Below are positions 29,780 to 41,063 of a stretch of 64,000 bases of DNA, in pieces. The position numbers and the translations under genes were made by a program. Where the stretch lies: contig CACMWI010000001.1 of NCBI GenBank assembly GCA_902617375.1, positions 64,090 to 128,089 of the forward strand, read 5' to 3'. Positions within the stretch are counted from its first letter, which is position 1; every line of letters begins with the position of its first letter. This stretch comes from an uncultured Alphaproteobacteria bacterium. GTDB lineage: Bacteria > Pseudomonadota > Alphaproteobacteria > Methylaequorales > Methylaequoraceae. The notes beneath the pieces were generated by a model. The model did no database searches. It was not told where the DNA came from and was given only the letters and a program-made list of their open reading frames with translations.

Positions 29780-30526
29780 TTAAAAATTATTTTTTTTAAA
29801 ATGCAATCTTATTTTTTTCAAATCTTCTATCGTGTCAACACTCGGAGGATTATGTCCAACTTTAACAAGTTTTATTTTGTAATTATTATCCATTGCACGC
29901 ATTTGCTCTAAATTCCTCTCTTTTTCACGTTTAGATTGTAAAAGAGATACAAACTCTTTTAAAACATTGGGTTTATAAATATAAACACCTATATGATGAT
30001 AAATATTTTTTGTACAATCTACTGTTCTCATAAAATCTAATGCAAAACCCTCGTCGTAGTCATCAAGAACAACTCTCGCTTTAACAATATTGTTGTCATT
30101 GATTTCTGAATCTTCCAAATCGCAAACTGCCGAAGCTATGTCAACTGAATCATCTGAAAAAAGCTTAGTTGTTTTTTCTAATAAGTCTTTTTTAAAAATT
30201 GGTAAATCACCTTGAAGATTTATAATCAAATCGAAATCTTTATTAAGAATTCTATAAACTTCGTAAACTCTGTCAGTACCACTCTTGTGGGAAGATTTAG
30301 TCATCATTGCTTCTAAATTATTTTTTTCACATTCATTGTAAATTTCGCGACTATCAGTTCCAACTATGACCCTTCCTATTTTTAAATTCTCTGCATTTTG
30401 TGCTACTCTAACAATCATTGGTAATCCACTAATATTCCTTAACAGCTTTTTTTTTAGTCTAGAAGAATCTATTCTTGCTGGGATGATAATAATGGTATTT
30501 AAGGTTTTTTTATTTTTGATGGTCAC
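29780..30526 (-). CDS. kdsB: 3-deoxy-manno-octulosonate cytidylyltransferase (CMP-KDO synthetase)
   Basis: 248 aa with the nucleotidyltransferase N-terminus (IIIPARIDSSRLKKKLL…GLPMIVRV) and the NLQGDLP motif. Confidence 0.85.
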   Translation of the reverse strand: MTIKNKKTLNTIIIIPARIDSSRLKKKLLRNISGLPMIVRVAQNAENLKIGRVIVGTDSREIYNECEKNNLEAMMTKSSHKSGTDRVYEVYRILNKDFDLIINLQGDLPIFKKDLLEKTTKLFSDDSVDIASAVCDLEDSEINDNNIVKARVVLDDYDEGFALDFMRTVDCTKNIYHHIGVYIYKPNVLKEFVSLLQSKREKERNLEQMRAMDNNYKIKLVKVGHNPPSVDTIEDLKKIRLHFKKNNF

Positions 30527-30570
30527 AATATTTGTTAATTTATATAATAATTTATAACTTCATAATAAAA

Positions 30571-31071
30571 ATGAACAAATATTTTTTGCCTGTAATATCA
30601 ATATTTATTTTATTCCAAACTTTTCACATTTTTGATGAAATATTTTTTAAGGAAAAAAATCAAAAAGATAAGGGATACATTATTATTAAAAGCACAGAAC
30701 AAAAAAATGAGATTGAAAAAGAGGAGATTAAAGAAAAAGTTAATATAGATTTATTATTACAAACAGCAAATATTGAAAAAGGAATTAAAATTTCCAAACA
30801 ATGTTTAGCTTGTCATGATTTTAGCAAAGAATTAAAAATCAAAACCGGTCCGCCACTATGGGGAATTGTTGACAGAAAAACTGCTATTATTTCTGATTTT
30901 TCGTATTCAGAAGCTTTAACTAATTTTAAAAAGTTTTGGACCGTTGAAGAACTTTTTTATTTTTTAGAGGAACCAAAAGAATATATCGAGGGTACAAAAA
31001 TGATTTACAGTGGAATTAAAAAAATAGAAGATAGAATAAATTTAATTTCCTATTTAAGATCTTTAAATTGA
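30571..31071 (+). CDS. Class I c-type cytochrome
   Basis: A signal peptide (MNKYFLPVISIFILF) and a single CLACHDF heme-binding motif. The start is taken at the internal Met rather than the track's 30532. Confidence 0.75.
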   Translation: MNKYFLPVISIFILFQTFHIFDEIFFKEKNQKDKGYIIIKSTEQKNEIEKEEIKEKVNIDLLLQTANIEKGIKISKQCLACHDFSKELKIKTGPPLWGIVDRKTAIISDFSYSEALTNFKKFWTVEELFYFLEEPKEYIEGTKMIYSGIKKIEDRINLISYLRSLN

Positions 31072-31850
31072 TGAGTAAAGAAAACAGAGAGTTGTCTAGA
31101 TTTGCAAATTCTTTTGCAGATAAAAGCCGTAAAATTTTAAAAAAAAAATTTTTAATGAAGCATGATATTGAAAAAAAAAAGGACGGATCTTTTGTAACTA
31201 ATATTGATAAAGAAATTGAATTAGTTTTTAGAGAAAAATTAAATAAAACCTACTCTTCACATAATGTTTTAGGAGAAGAGTTTGGATTTGATGACAAAAA
31301 AGGTGACTTTACTTGGGTGATTGATCCATTAGACGGCACTCATAATTTTATTGCCGGCAAACCGCTATTTGGAACCTTAATTTCATGTTTAAAAAAAAAT
31401 ATTCCGATTTTAGGAGTAATAGATATTCCTATTTTAGATCAAAGATGGAGTGGAGGGAAAAAAATTGGTGTAAAACTAAACAATAAAACATGTGATCCTT
31501 TTTGCAAAAAGAAAAAATATGAAGATCTTATTGTATCATCAACCTCACTTTTAATGTTTAATGATAAGCAACAGACAAGAATCAAAAATATTTATGGTAA
31601 AATTGGATTCCCTGTTTTCGGCAGCGATTGCTATTCATACGGACTTTTATTATCTGGTAAAATTGATCAGGTAATCGAAGCTCAAATGAAACCATGGGAT
31701 TTTTTAGCACAGGTGGCACTTATCAATGAACATGGTGGAATAATTACCGACTGGAATGGCGACGAATTAAATCATGAATCAGATGGAAAAGTTATTGCAT
31801 CAATTGAAAAAAATCACCATAAAAGAACTTTGAAATATCTTAACCAATAA
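31068..31850 (+). CDS. Inositol-monophosphatase family protein (SuhB/HisN-like)
   Basis: 260 aa with IMPase motifs (WVIDPLDGTHNF, and a WDxAAG-like WDFLAQ). Confidence 0.8.
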   Translation: MMSKENRELSRFANSFADKSRKILKKKFLMKHDIEKKKDGSFVTNIDKEIELVFREKLNKTYSSHNVLGEEFGFDDKKGDFTWVIDPLDGTHNFIAGKPLFGTLISCLKKNIPILGVIDIPILDQRWSGGKKIGVKLNNKTCDPFCKKKKYEDLIVSSTSLLMFNDKQQTRIKNIYGKIGFPVFGSDCYSYGLLLSGKIDQVIEAQMKPWDFLAQVALINEHGGIITDWNGDELNHESDGKVIASIEKNHHKRTLKYLNQ

Positions 31851-31861
31851 AAAGGTAAACC

Positions 31862-33781
31862 TTGAGAAAAGTTAGTAAGTTTTTATTTATTATTTTAGCA
31901 TTTTGTTTTAACCATTCTTTTAGTTTAGAATATAAACATGGGATAGCCATGCATGGAGATCTAAAATATCCCAAAAATTTTAAAAAATTTGATTATGCAA
32001 GCGACAATGCCTTTCAAGGTGGCACGATAAAACTCTCCTCTATAGGGACATTTGACAACCTGAACCCATATATATTAAAAGGTGTTGCTGCTTGGCAAAC
32101 AACGTATCTATTTGAAACACTTATGAAGTCTTCATTTGATGAGCCTTTCAGCCAATACGGTCTAATAGCTGAAAGTGTAAAAATACCAGATAACAGATCC
32201 TGGATCATTTTTAAAATAAGAAAAATAGCTAGATTTTCAAATGATGAAAAAATTAAACCTGAAGATGTAATATTTTCATTTAACACACTAATTTCCAAAG
32301 GTCATCCAATTTATAAGACTTATTATGGTCAAGTAGATAAGGTTGAAAAAATTTCTGAAGACGAAGTAAAATTTTCCTTTAAAGGCGATCCTAACCCAGA
32401 GTTACCTTTAATTATTGGTTATCAACTTCCAATTTTCTCTGAAAAATACTGGGAGGGAAAAGATTTTGATAAAACTACTCTTAACCCACCCCTCGGTAGT
32501 GGCCCATATTTAGTCTCAGATTTAAAGCCTGGGAGAAGTTTAACGTTGCAAAAAAATCCAAATTACTGGGGAAAAAATATTAATGTTAACATAGGACGAT
32601 TCAATTTCAATACGATTCACACTGACTTTTATAGAGACGAAACCGTAGCTTTAGAGGCATTCAAATCTGGAGCATATGATTTTAAACAAGAGAATTCTTC
32701 AAAAAATTGGGCAACAGCCTACAAATTTGACGCAGTAAAGGAAGGAAGGGTCAAAGTTGAAGAAATAAAATATTTTAGACCTAGTGGTATGCAGGGTTTT
32801 GCGTTCAACATGAGAAAATCAATATTCCAGAATAGGAATGTTAGAAAAGCCCTTGGTTATGCATTTGACTTCGAGTGGTCTAATAGAAATTTATTTTACA
32901 ATGCTTATACTAGAACTAAAAGTTTCTTTGACAACTCTGATCTCTCTTCACAGAGTCTACCGAGTAAAGAAGAATTAGTTATTCTAGAAAACTACAGAGG
33001 AAAGATTCCTGATGAAATTTTTACTACTGTATTTTCGCCGCCCAGTACCGACGAAGAAAATGGGTTGAGAAACAATTTAAGGATGGCGCGAAGATTATTA
33101 AAACAAGAGGGATGGGTTATAAAAGACGATTTACTTACTAAGGAAGAAACTGGTGAGATTTTCAAATTTGAAATTCTTTTAAGATCACCCCTATTTGAAA
33201 GAATTGTTCTTCCGATGAAAAGAAATTTAAAAAAATTAGGTATTGAGGTTTCAATAAGGACTGTTCAAGACGATTCTCAGTACATAAGAAGACTCGAAGA
33301 TTTTGATTATGATATGATCGTTGTAAATTATGGATCTATAATATCTCCAGGAAACGAACAAAAAAATTATTGGGGGTCTTCTACCGCTGACCAACAAGGG
33401 AGTCCAAATTACATGGGAGTAAAAAATCCTGTACTCGATGAAATTATTGATAAACTGATAAGTGCAAAATCGAGGAAAGAGTTGGTTACTTATACCAAGG
33501 TTCTCGACAGAATTTTATTGTTCAATTACTACCTAATTCCCCAATTCCACATTGGTCATTACAGAGTGGCATATTGGAATAAAATATCAAGACCATCTAT
33601 TTCTCCAAAATATGACTTAGGTTTTGATTTCTGGTGGTTTGATCCTAAAAAAGCTCAAAATTTGCCTGACAAAAGTCTCTCAAGAAACAAAGAGAATAAA
33701 GACACGAATAATTTAATTTATTTTTTTCTTTTTATTTTTTTATTATTCATCTTATGGAGAATCAGAAGAAGAGCTAGCTGA
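31862..33781 (+). CDS. yejA: ABC transporter periplasmic substrate-binding protein (family 5, YejA-like peptide/microcin C uptake)
   Basis: 639 aa with a signal peptide. It is the first gene of a four-gene yejABEF-type operon. Confidence 0.8.
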   Translation: MRKVSKFLFIILAFCFNHSFSLEYKHGIAMHGDLKYPKNFKKFDYASDNAFQGGTIKLSSIGTFDNLNPYILKGVAAWQTTYLFETLMKSSFDEPFSQYGLIAESVKIPDNRSWIIFKIRKIARFSNDEKIKPEDVIFSFNTLISKGHPIYKTYYGQVDKVEKISEDEVKFSFKGDPNPELPLIIGYQLPIFSEKYWEGKDFDKTTLNPPLGSGPYLVSDLKPGRSLTLQKNPNYWGKNINVNIGRFNFNTIHTDFYRDETVALEAFKSGAYDFKQENSSKNWATAYKFDAVKEGRVKVEEIKYFRPSGMQGFAFNMRKSIFQNRNVRKALGYAFDFEWSNRNLFYNAYTRTKSFFDNSDLSSQSLPSKEELVILENYRGKIPDEIFTTVFSPPSTDEENGLRNNLRMARRLLKQEGWVIKDDLLTKEETGEIFKFEILLRSPLFERIVLPMKRNLKKLGIEVSIRTVQDDSQYIRRLEDFDYDMIVVNYGSIISPGNEQKNYWGSSTADQQGSPNYMGVKNPVLDEIIDKLISAKSRKELVTYTKVLDRILLFNYYLIPQFHIGHYRVAYWNKISRPSISPKYDLGFDFWWFDPKKAQNLPDKSLSRNKENKDTNNLIYFFLFIFLLFILWRIRRRAS

Positions 33782-34887
33782 TGTTAAATTATATTATTAA
33801 AAGACTTTTTCTAATTATTCCAACATTATTTGGAATATTAGCAGTTAATTTTATTATTATTCAAGCTGCTCCAGGTGGTCCAGTAGAGAAAGCTATTGCC
33901 CAAATTAAAGGTACCGAGGTTTCAGTTACAGAGAGATTTACCTCATCTGGCGGTGAACAATTATCAAGCAGTCAAACAAGAAACAATTTTAGTTCTACTG
34001 AGAATAAATATAGAGGTTCACAAGGAATTGATCCCGACTTAATTAAAGAACTTGAAAAACAATACGGCTTTGATAAGCCACCTCTTCAAAGGTTTTTTGA
34101 AATGCTTAAAAATTATTTATTTTTTGATTTTGGAGAAAGTTTTTATAAAGATAAATCTGTTATATCATTGATTTTAGAGAAGTTGCCAGTCTCAATTTCA
34201 TTAGGCTTGTGGACCACTTTATTTGTATATTTGATTTCTATTCCGCTTGGAATTAAGAAAGCTGTAAAAGATGGCTCAAAATTTGATGTTTATTCTTCCT
34301 CTTTAATTATAGTTGGTTATGCAATTCCAGGTTTTTTATTTGCCATTTTCCTAATTGTTATCTTCGCTGGTGGAAGTTATTTAGATATTTTTCCGTTAAG
34401 AGGATTGGTCTCAGATAATTGGGAAGAACTTTCAGTTATTGAAAAAATTGTTGACTATTTTTGGCACCTTACACTTCCTGTATTAGCAATGGTAATAGGA
34501 GGGTTTGCAAGTCTTACAATGTTAACAAAGAACTCTTTTTTGGATGAAATCAACAAGCAGTACGTTCTGACAGCTAGAGCAAAAGGTGTTGGTGAAAAGA
34601 AAGTTCTCTATGGACATATTTTTAGAAATGCAATGCTAATTGTCATTTCTGGGTTTCCTGCAGCTTTTATAAATATTTTATTCACATCGTCTTTATTGAT
34701 CGAAGTAATTTTTTCCTTGGATGGACTGGGCCTTTTAGGTTTTGAAGCTGCATTGGGTCGAGATTATCCTGTTGTATTTGGAAGCTTATATATTTTTACT
34801 TTAATTGGTTTACTTCTAAGACTGATTAGCGATTTAACATATGTTCTCATTGACCCAAGAATTGACTTCGAAAGGAGAAGTGAGTAA
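33781..34887 (+). CDS. yejB: ABC transporter permease (YejB-like)
   Basis: 368 aa with the ABC permease EAA-like loop ([21 protein letters not shown]). Confidence 0.85.
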   Translation: MLNYIIKRLFLIIPTLFGILAVNFIIIQAAPGGPVEKAIAQIKGTEVSVTERFTSSGGEQLSSSQTRNNFSSTENKYRGSQGIDPDLIKELEKQYGFDKPPLQRFFEMLKNYLFFDFGESFYKDKSVISLILEKLPVSISLGLWTTLFVYLISIPLGIKKAVKDGSKFDVYSSSLIIVGYAIPGFLFAIFLIVIFAGGSYLDIFPLRGLVSDNWEELSVIEKIVDYFWHLTLPVLAMVIGGFASLTMLTKNSFLDEINKQYVLTARAKGVGEKKVLYGHIFRNAMLIVISGFPAAFINILFTSSLLIEVIFSLDGLGLLGFEAALGRDYPVVFGSLYIFTLIGLLLRLISDLTYVLIDPRIDFERRSE

Positions 34888-35909
34888 TGACCTTTTCACC
34901 TTTAACAATAAGAAGACTCAAAAACTTTAGAAGTAATAAAAGAGGTTATTATTCAACCTTAATTTTTTGCGTATTATTTTTTATCTCCATTTTTGCTGAA
35001 TTTATTGCAAATGATAAACCCATCTTCGTTTTTTTTGAACAGAAAATTCATTTTCCAGTTGTTGAAAAAATTTCTGAAACCTTTTATGGAGGTGAATTTG
35101 AAACAGAGGCTGATTATAAGGATCCATATGTAAGAGATTTAATAAATAAAAAAGGATTTTTCATTATGCCTCCCATTGAATACTCATACGATACAATCAA
35201 CTATGATTTGAGGGTTCCGTCACCCTCTCCACCCACCTTAGAAAATTTACTGGGAACTGATGACCAGGGAAGAGACGTTTTAGCAAGACTCATTTATGGT
35301 TTTAGAATTTCCGTTTTCTTTGGTTTGACACTTACTATCCTGTCAAGCATTATTGGGATACTCGCTGGCGGGGTACAAGGTTTTTATGGTGGAAGAATTG
35401 ATTTATTTGGACAAAGATTTATCGAGATTTGGTCTGGATTACCAGTTTTATATTTGCTCATAATAATTTCTAGTTTTATCGAGCCGAGTTTCTGGATTCT
35501 ATTATTTATTATGCTTTTGTTTAGTTGGATGTCACTTGAAGGAGTTGTTAGAGCAGAATTTTTAAGAGCAAGAAACTTTGAGTACGTCAAAGCAGCAAAA
35601 GCACTTGGCGTAAAAAATATGAAGCTTATGTTTAAACATGTTCTTCCAAATGCAATGGTTGCAACGCTAACTTTGATGCCCTTTATTCTTTCAGGTTCTA
35701 TTGCCACACTAACCTCGCTAGATTTCTTGGGTTTCGGTTTGCCACCTGGATCACCATCATTAGGAGAAATGGTTTCTCAAGGAAAAGCTAACTTGCAAGC
35801 TCCATGGCTTGGTCTTTCTGCATTTATAACTCTGTCACTTCAATTAAGTTTACTAGTTTTTATTGGGGAAGCTGTTAGAGATGCTTTTGACCCTAGGAAG
35901 GTAATTTAA
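34887..35909 (+). CDS. yejE: ABC transporter permease (YejE-like)
   Basis: 340 aa with a permease signature (AAKALGVKNMKLMFKHVLPNA). Confidence 0.85.
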   Translation: MTFSPLTIRRLKNFRSNKRGYYSTLIFCVLFFISIFAEFIANDKPIFVFFEQKIHFPVVEKISETFYGGEFETEADYKDPYVRDLINKKGFFIMPPIEYSYDTINYDLRVPSPSPPTLENLLGTDDQGRDVLARLIYGFRISVFFGLTLTILSSIIGILAGGVQGFYGGRIDLFGQRFIEIWSGLPVLYLLIIISSFIEPSFWILLFIMLLFSWMSLEGVVRAEFLRARNFEYVKAAKALGVKNMKLMFKHVLPNAMVATLTLMPFILSGSIATLTSLDFLGFGLPPGSPSLGEMVSQGKANLQAPWLGLSAFITLSLQLSLLVFIGEAVRDAFDPRKVI

Positions 35910-37490
35910 ATGAAAACTTTACTTGAGGTAAAGAATCTAAACTTAACTTTTGAATTCAATAGTCAAGTTGTAAATGCTGTTAAAAAAAGTAGTTTTAAAA
36001 TTAAAAAGGGAGAGTGTCTTGCAATTGTTGGTGAAAGTGGGTCTGGTAAATCAGTTACAGCTTTAACCATAATGAGATTAATAAGGTCAAATTCAAATCT
36101 TAAAATTTCAGGAAATGTAATCTATGAAAACGAAGATCTGCTAAAATTAGATGAATCTAAACTTATAAAAATTAGAGGAAAAAAAATTTCTATGATTTTT
36201 CAAGAACCAATGACATCACTTAATCCACTACATAACATTCAAAAGCAAATTACTGAATGCTTTGAAATAAGTGAGAAGTCGAATAAATCAAAATGCATTA
36301 ATCTTTTAAAAGAAGTTGGTATTGAAAATCCAGAACAAAGACTTTCTCATTATCCACATCAATTATCTGGAGGACAAAGACAAAGAGTTATGATTGCAAT
36401 GGCAATAGCTAATAACCCTGACTTATTAATTGCTGATGAACCAACAACTGCTCTTGACGTTACGATACAAAAACAAATTTTGGATCTATTAGATAAATTA
36501 AGAAAGAGATATAACATGTCACTTTTGCTAATCACTCACGACTTAGGAATTGTTAAAGATATCTCTGACAGGGTTTGCGTTATGAAACAAGGAGAAATTG
36601 TTGAACAGAACAACACTAACAAAGTGTTTAATCAACCTAATCATAGTTATACAAAAAATCTTATTAACTCAAAACCAAGAGAGAAAAAATTTCAAAACAA
36701 AAAGAGTGAAGTTATTTTGTCTGTGAAAAATCTCAGTGTTTTCTACAAAAATAAAAATAGTTTTCTTTTCAAAAAAAAAGATGATTATTTTCAAGCTGTA
36801 AAAAATTTAAGTTTTCAAATCATAAAAGGAGAAACTTTAGGAATTGTTGGTGAGAGTGGATCAGGAAAAAGCTCTATTGCACAAGCTCTAATAAAACTAG
36901 TATCTTCAGAAGGAAGTGTTTTCTTTAAAAATAAAAATATTTCAGATTTAAATGAAGAAAAATTTAGACCTTTTCGAAAAAACATTCAAATAATTTTTCA
37001 GGATCCATTTGCGTCTTTAAGTCCAAGATTAACAATTCAAGATATAATTAGCGAGGGTTTGGAAGTTCATTATAAAGAAAAATCAAAAAAAGAAATCATA
37101 GATTTAACAAAACAAATAATTATTGATGTTGGACTTGATTATTCAATGCTTTCAAGATACCCACATGAGTTTTCTGGAGGACAGAGGCAAAGAATTGCGA
37201 TTGCAAGGGCTCTTATTCTCAATCCAGAATTAATAATTCTTGACGAACCTACCAGTGCTCTAGATATGACTGTTCAATCGCAAATTGTAGATTTACTTTT
37301 AAATCTTCAGGAAAAGAAAAATCTAACCTACATATTCATTAGTCACGACTTAAAAATTATTAAAGCATTGTCTGATAAAATCATGGTAATGAAATCTGGA
37401 AATATTGTGGAATTTGAAGAGAAAAAGAAAATTTTTTCTAGACCTAAAGATCAATATACTAAGCGTCTACTAAATTCTGCATATTTTTAA
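35910..37490 (+). CDS. yejF: ABC transporter ATP-binding protein with duplicated ATPase domains (YejF-like)
   Basis: 526 aa with two Walker A motifs (GESGSGKS ×2) and two LSGGQRQR signatures. Confidence 0.9.
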   Translation: MKTLLEVKNLNLTFEFNSQVVNAVKKSSFKIKKGECLAIVGESGSGKSVTALTIMRLIRSNSNLKISGNVIYENEDLLKLDESKLIKIRGKKISMIFQEPMTSLNPLHNIQKQITECFEISEKSNKSKCINLLKEVGIENPEQRLSHYPHQLSGGQRQRVMIAMAIANNPDLLIADEPTTALDVTIQKQILDLLDKLRKRYNMSLLLITHDLGIVKDISDRVCVMKQGEIVEQNNTNKVFNQPNHSYTKNLINSKPREKKFQNKKSEVILSVKNLSVFYKNKNSFLFKKKDDYFQAVKNLSFQIIKGETLGIVGESGSGKSSIAQALIKLVSSEGSVFFKNKNISDLNEEKFRPFRKNIQIIFQDPFASLSPRLTIQDIISEGLEVHYKEKSKKEIIDLTKQIIIDVGLDYSMLSRYPHEFSGGQRQRIAIARALILNPELIILDEPTSALDMTVQSQIVDLLLNLQEKKNLTYIFISHDLKIIKALSDKIMVMKSGNIVEFEEKKKIFSRPKDQYTKRLLNSAYF

Positions 37491-38833
37491 AAACTTTTAA
37501 AAAAATCTAAAAGTGCTCTTATACCCATAGCTTCACCACCCTCATATGAACTATATTTATTGGCTCTTGTCCAAGCCATAAGATCAATATGAATCCAAGG
37601 AGTGTTCTTAACAAATTTTTGTAAAAATAAAGCTGCTGTGATAGCCCCTCCAAACACACTATTTCCAATGTTCTTAAAATCTGCATGTTCAGAATTTAAT
37701 TGATTAGAATAATTATCCCATAAAGGAAGTTGCCAAAGAGGATCTCCAGTTCTCTTCGATGAATTAATTAATTTCATAGCTAGATCATCATCATTACAAA
37801 AAAAACTTGGTACTTCTATTCCCATAGCAACTCTTGATGCACCAGTCAATGTTGCCATATCAACTATTAAATCAGGCTTACTTTCAGATGCATAAGTAAT
37901 GGCATCAGCAAGTATTAGTCTACCTTCCGCATCCGTATCACCAATTTCGACAAAACTTCCTTCTCTACTCTTAACAATATCTGACGGTCTCATCGATTTT
38001 TTTGATATTGAGTTTTCAACTAAGCATAACAATAAATGTAAATCTACTTGAATTCCAACATCACTTACCAGCTTTGCAAGACCAATACAATTAGCTGCAC
38101 CTCCCATATCCTTTTTCATCAAAGACATACCAGTCCCTGTTTTGATATTTAAACCACCCGTATCAAAGGAGACTCCTTTTCCAATAAGAACAATTTTTTT
38201 CTTATATTTTGTTTTGGACTTAAATTCGCAAAAAATTGGTTGTCTATTTGCACTTGCACCAATACCAACGGCCGAAATCAGAGGGAAATTATTTTCTAAA
38301 CTCTTTCCGGATTTTAAATTAACCATATCAAATTTTTTCAGATACTTTTTAGCTGAATTATAAATTTCCTTAGGACCTAATATATTTGCTGGTGTATTTA
38401 TTAAATCTCTTACATAAAAATATGATTCACTAATTGATTTGATTTCTGACGATGATTCAAAATGAATCTTTACATTATTTTTTTTAGTTTTCTTTTTAGA
38501 CTTAAATTTATCAAAAGAATATTCAGCTAGGTGCCATCCGATAAAAAAGATTTTTATATCTGTTTTCTTACAACCAAAATACTCAATAAAAAAGTTTCCA
38601 GATTTTACAAATTTTCTTATCGCCAATCCAATTAACAATAATCTGTGAGTTTTTTGAAGTATGTTAAGATTTGATATTTTTTTCAAATTGATTAATATCG
38701 CTTCTTCAGTCTTTAAAACTGAATAAGAATCAAATTCTTCAAAACTTGTGTGTTTAAATTTTTTGGGAACCTGATCATCAGAAAAAAAAATAGAAATTGG
38801 AGTTTTTGCAAATTGTTTTCTTTTACTTGTCAT
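37487..38833 (-). CDS. pepA: Leucyl aminopeptidase, M17 family
   Basis: 448 aa with the NTDAEGRL motif and the M17 catalytic core (VDMATLTGA). Confidence 0.88.
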   Translation of the reverse strand: MTSKRKQFAKTPISIFFSDDQVPKKFKHTSFEEFDSYSVLKTEEAILINLKKISNLNILQKTHRLLLIGLAIRKFVKSGNFFIEYFGCKKTDIKIFFIGWHLAEYSFDKFKSKKKTKKNNVKIHFESSSEIKSISESYFYVRDLINTPANILGPKEIYNSAKKYLKKFDMVNLKSGKSLENNFPLISAVGIGASANRQPIFCEFKSKTKYKKKIVLIGKGVSFDTGGLNIKTGTGMSLMKKDMGGAANCIGLAKLVSDVGIQVDLHLLLCLVENSISKKSMRPSDIVKSREGSFVEIGDTDAEGRLILADAITYASESKPDLIVDMATLTGASRVAMGIEVPSFFCNDDDLAMKLINSSKRTGDPLWQLPLWDNYSNQLNSEHADFKNIGNSVFGGAITAALFLQKFVKNTPWIHIDLMAWTRANKYSSYEGGEAMGIRALLDFFKSF

Positions 38834-38886
38834 TATTTTCTTTGGAATATATATTTGTTGTTTTTAAGTAATAAAAAAGGGGATAC

Positions 38887-40302
38887 ATGAACATTTTATT
38901 TAAACTTAGCATTTTTTTATTAACATTTCTTTCATTTAATTTTCTTCCTGAGCTTTGTTTTGCAGCAAGTGCATCTGACGGACCAACCTCACTAAACATG
39001 ATTTTTAGTCCGGTTGGTATTTTTTGTATACTAATTTTTATCATTGCTTATGGATTTGTAATGGCGGAAGAATTTACTCACTTCAGAAAATCCAAACCAG
39101 TAATTTTAGCTGCCACTATCATTTGGGTTGTAATTGCATACGTAGCTTCGCAAGATCCGTCTATCTCCCCAAAATGGGCTGAAACGCAATTTAGACATGT
39201 GGTTCTAGAATTTGCAGAACTATTCTTTTTCCTTTTCGTTGCAATGGCTTACGTAAACTCCTTAACTGAAAGAAGAATGTTTGATGCACTATGTTCATGG
39301 TTATCAAATAATAATTTTAGCTATAAAAAGATCTTTTTAATTTCAGGAGTTATTGCTTTTTTTCTATCTCCTATTGCTGATAATTTAACTACTGCGCTAA
39401 TTTTAGGAACAGTTGTAATGGTGGCTGGAAGAGGTAATAAAGCCTTTATAGTTCCTGGGCTTATAAACATTGTTGTTGCTGCAAATGCAGGTGGAGCATT
39501 TTCACCCTTTGGTGATATTACAACCTTGATGGTATGGCAACGTGGATTTGTTTCATTCTTTGATTTCTTTAATATTTTTGTTCCATCAGTTGTTAATTAC
39601 GTTGTTCCAGCTGCTATAATGTATTTCGCAATACCTGATGAAGTTCCAAAGGGCGATGGAAAAAAAGTACAAATACTTCCAGGAGGCCATGTTATTGCTT
39701 TCTTAGGAATTTTAACAATTACGCTAACTGTAACCGGGCACAATGTTCTTCATATGCCGCCAATCCTTGGCATGATGTTTGGATTAGGAATGTTAGGAAC
39801 ATATGGTTATTTTCTTAAAATAAAAAGTCCTGACAAAAATAAATTTGATATTTTTGTTATAACAGGAAGAGCTGAGTGGGATACCCTATTATTCTTCTAT
39901 GGAATATTAGTAGCAGTTGGGGGGCTCGCGTCTCTTGGTTATTTACAATTAATCTCTGGACCCATGTATGAAACTCTCGGTCCCACTAATGCGAATATTT
40001 TGGTAGGTATTCTTTCAGCTATAATTGATAATATTCCTATTGTGTATGCTGTATTAACTGCTCATCCTGAAATGGATATGGGGCAATGGTTGTTAATTAC
40101 TTTGACTGCAGGAACTGGTGGGTCGTTATTGTCAATTGGTTCTGCAGCAGGAGTTGCTTTAATGGGTCAAGCCAGAGGAGTGTACACCTTCTTTGCACAT
40201 TTAAAATGGGCATGGGCTATCTTACTTGGATATGCTGCTTGTATCGTTGTTCATCTTTTGATGAATCAACATCTATTTGATTTGATACCATTAGAAAGAT
40301 AA
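38887..40302 (+). CDS. nhaD: NhaD/ArsB-superfamily Na+/H+ antiporter
   Basis: 471 aa, ~12 TM. It has an inverted-repeat topology with conserved motifs (PFGDITTLMVWQ, ILSAIIDNIPIVYAVL). Confidence 0.75.
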   Translation: MNILFKLSIFLLTFLSFNFLPELCFAASASDGPTSLNMIFSPVGIFCILIFIIAYGFVMAEEFTHFRKSKPVILAATIIWVVIAYVASQDPSISPKWAETQFRHVVLEFAELFFFLFVAMAYVNSLTERRMFDALCSWLSNNNFSYKKIFLISGVIAFFLSPIADNLTTALILGTVVMVAGRGNKAFIVPGLINIVVAANAGGAFSPFGDITTLMVWQRGFVSFFDFFNIFVPSVVNYVVPAAIMYFAIPDEVPKGDGKKVQILPGGHVIAFLGILTITLTVTGHNVLHMPPILGMMFGLGMLGTYGYFLKIKSPDKNKFDIFVITGRAEWDTLLFFYGILVAVGGLASLGYLQLISGPMYETLGPTNANILVGILSAIIDNIPIVYAVLTAHPEMDMGQWLLITLTAGTGGSLLSIGSAAGVALMGQARGVYTFFAHLKWAWAILLGYAACIVVHLLMNQHLFDLIPLER

Positions 40303-40465
40303 TTGTAATTAATAAAGGTGCAAAGTTTTTTTATTTTTTGCTGCTAAAAAAGTAAAGGTGTGACTGGTATCAGTTATTAACTTGAAGCAGGAAACCTTTT
40401 CGAGATTTGAAGTAATTTTTGTTGTAACAGTAATTGAAATAATTAGTTACCTGTCTGAACTAATT

Positions 40466-41019
40466 TATTCTTTTTCAATTCCAATTTCATAAAGTTCAAA
40501 ATTAGCTTCTTCGATTTTTCCAGTAACTGCGTCAACATCAACTTTTATTTCATAACCTGTGTTAGTTTGAATGTCAAATTCGTAGGTTAGTGTCCCATCC
40601 ATACCAATTTCTCGTTCTTTAGCTACTACTGTTCCAGGATGAATTTTTAATGCATAATCTTTGGCTTGTTGTAGTGTAACCTTGGCTCCACTCTTGAAAA
40701 TAGGATTGTTCTCGTCAACTTCCGTTTCATCTTCAATGATGAATCCCTCTTCTGCATTACATTCAACGTTATAAGTCGAACCATCTTTAGATGATTAAAT
40801 GTCAAACTCATAGATAGGATCATCTCCTTCGATTTTAAATTCTAATTTTCTAGCATGACCTGGAACTGTGTCGTAAGCTTGATCAAGACATTGTTTAACT
40901 TTAACAATGTCGTATAGCTCAATGTCGTCAAGGTCAAAATTATCATTAGCTTTTGCTATACTGTTGACTACTAAAAAAGGCATTAGCGCAAAAATATAAA
41001 GAAAATAATTTTTATTCAT
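40466..41019 (-). pseudogene. Secreted tandem PepSY-domain protein interrupted by an in-frame TAA (stop at 40795..40797); pseudogene or sequencing error
   Basis: A signal peptide (MNKNYFLYIFALMPFLVVNSIAKA) precedes PepSY domain 1 (…VKQCLDQAYDTVPGHARKLEFKIEGDDPIYEFDI). A TAA stop follows, and then, in the same frame, PepSY domain 2 (…VTLQQAKDYALKIHPGTVVAKEREIGMDGTLTYEFDIQTNTGYEIKVDVDAVTGKIEE…) runs to a stop at 40466. The second half has no start codon of its own. Confidence 0.6.
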
Positions 41020-41063
41020 AATATTCAAGTAATCAAAATTAGACTTAAAACAACTTATTTTTT

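Noticed and set aside
40303-40465. Bidirectional terminator between the convergent nhaD and PepSY genes
   Set aside because: Only weak AT-rich potential stems are present (GCAAAG…TTTGC, ACTG-GTAT-CAGT). None is convincing enough to annotate.
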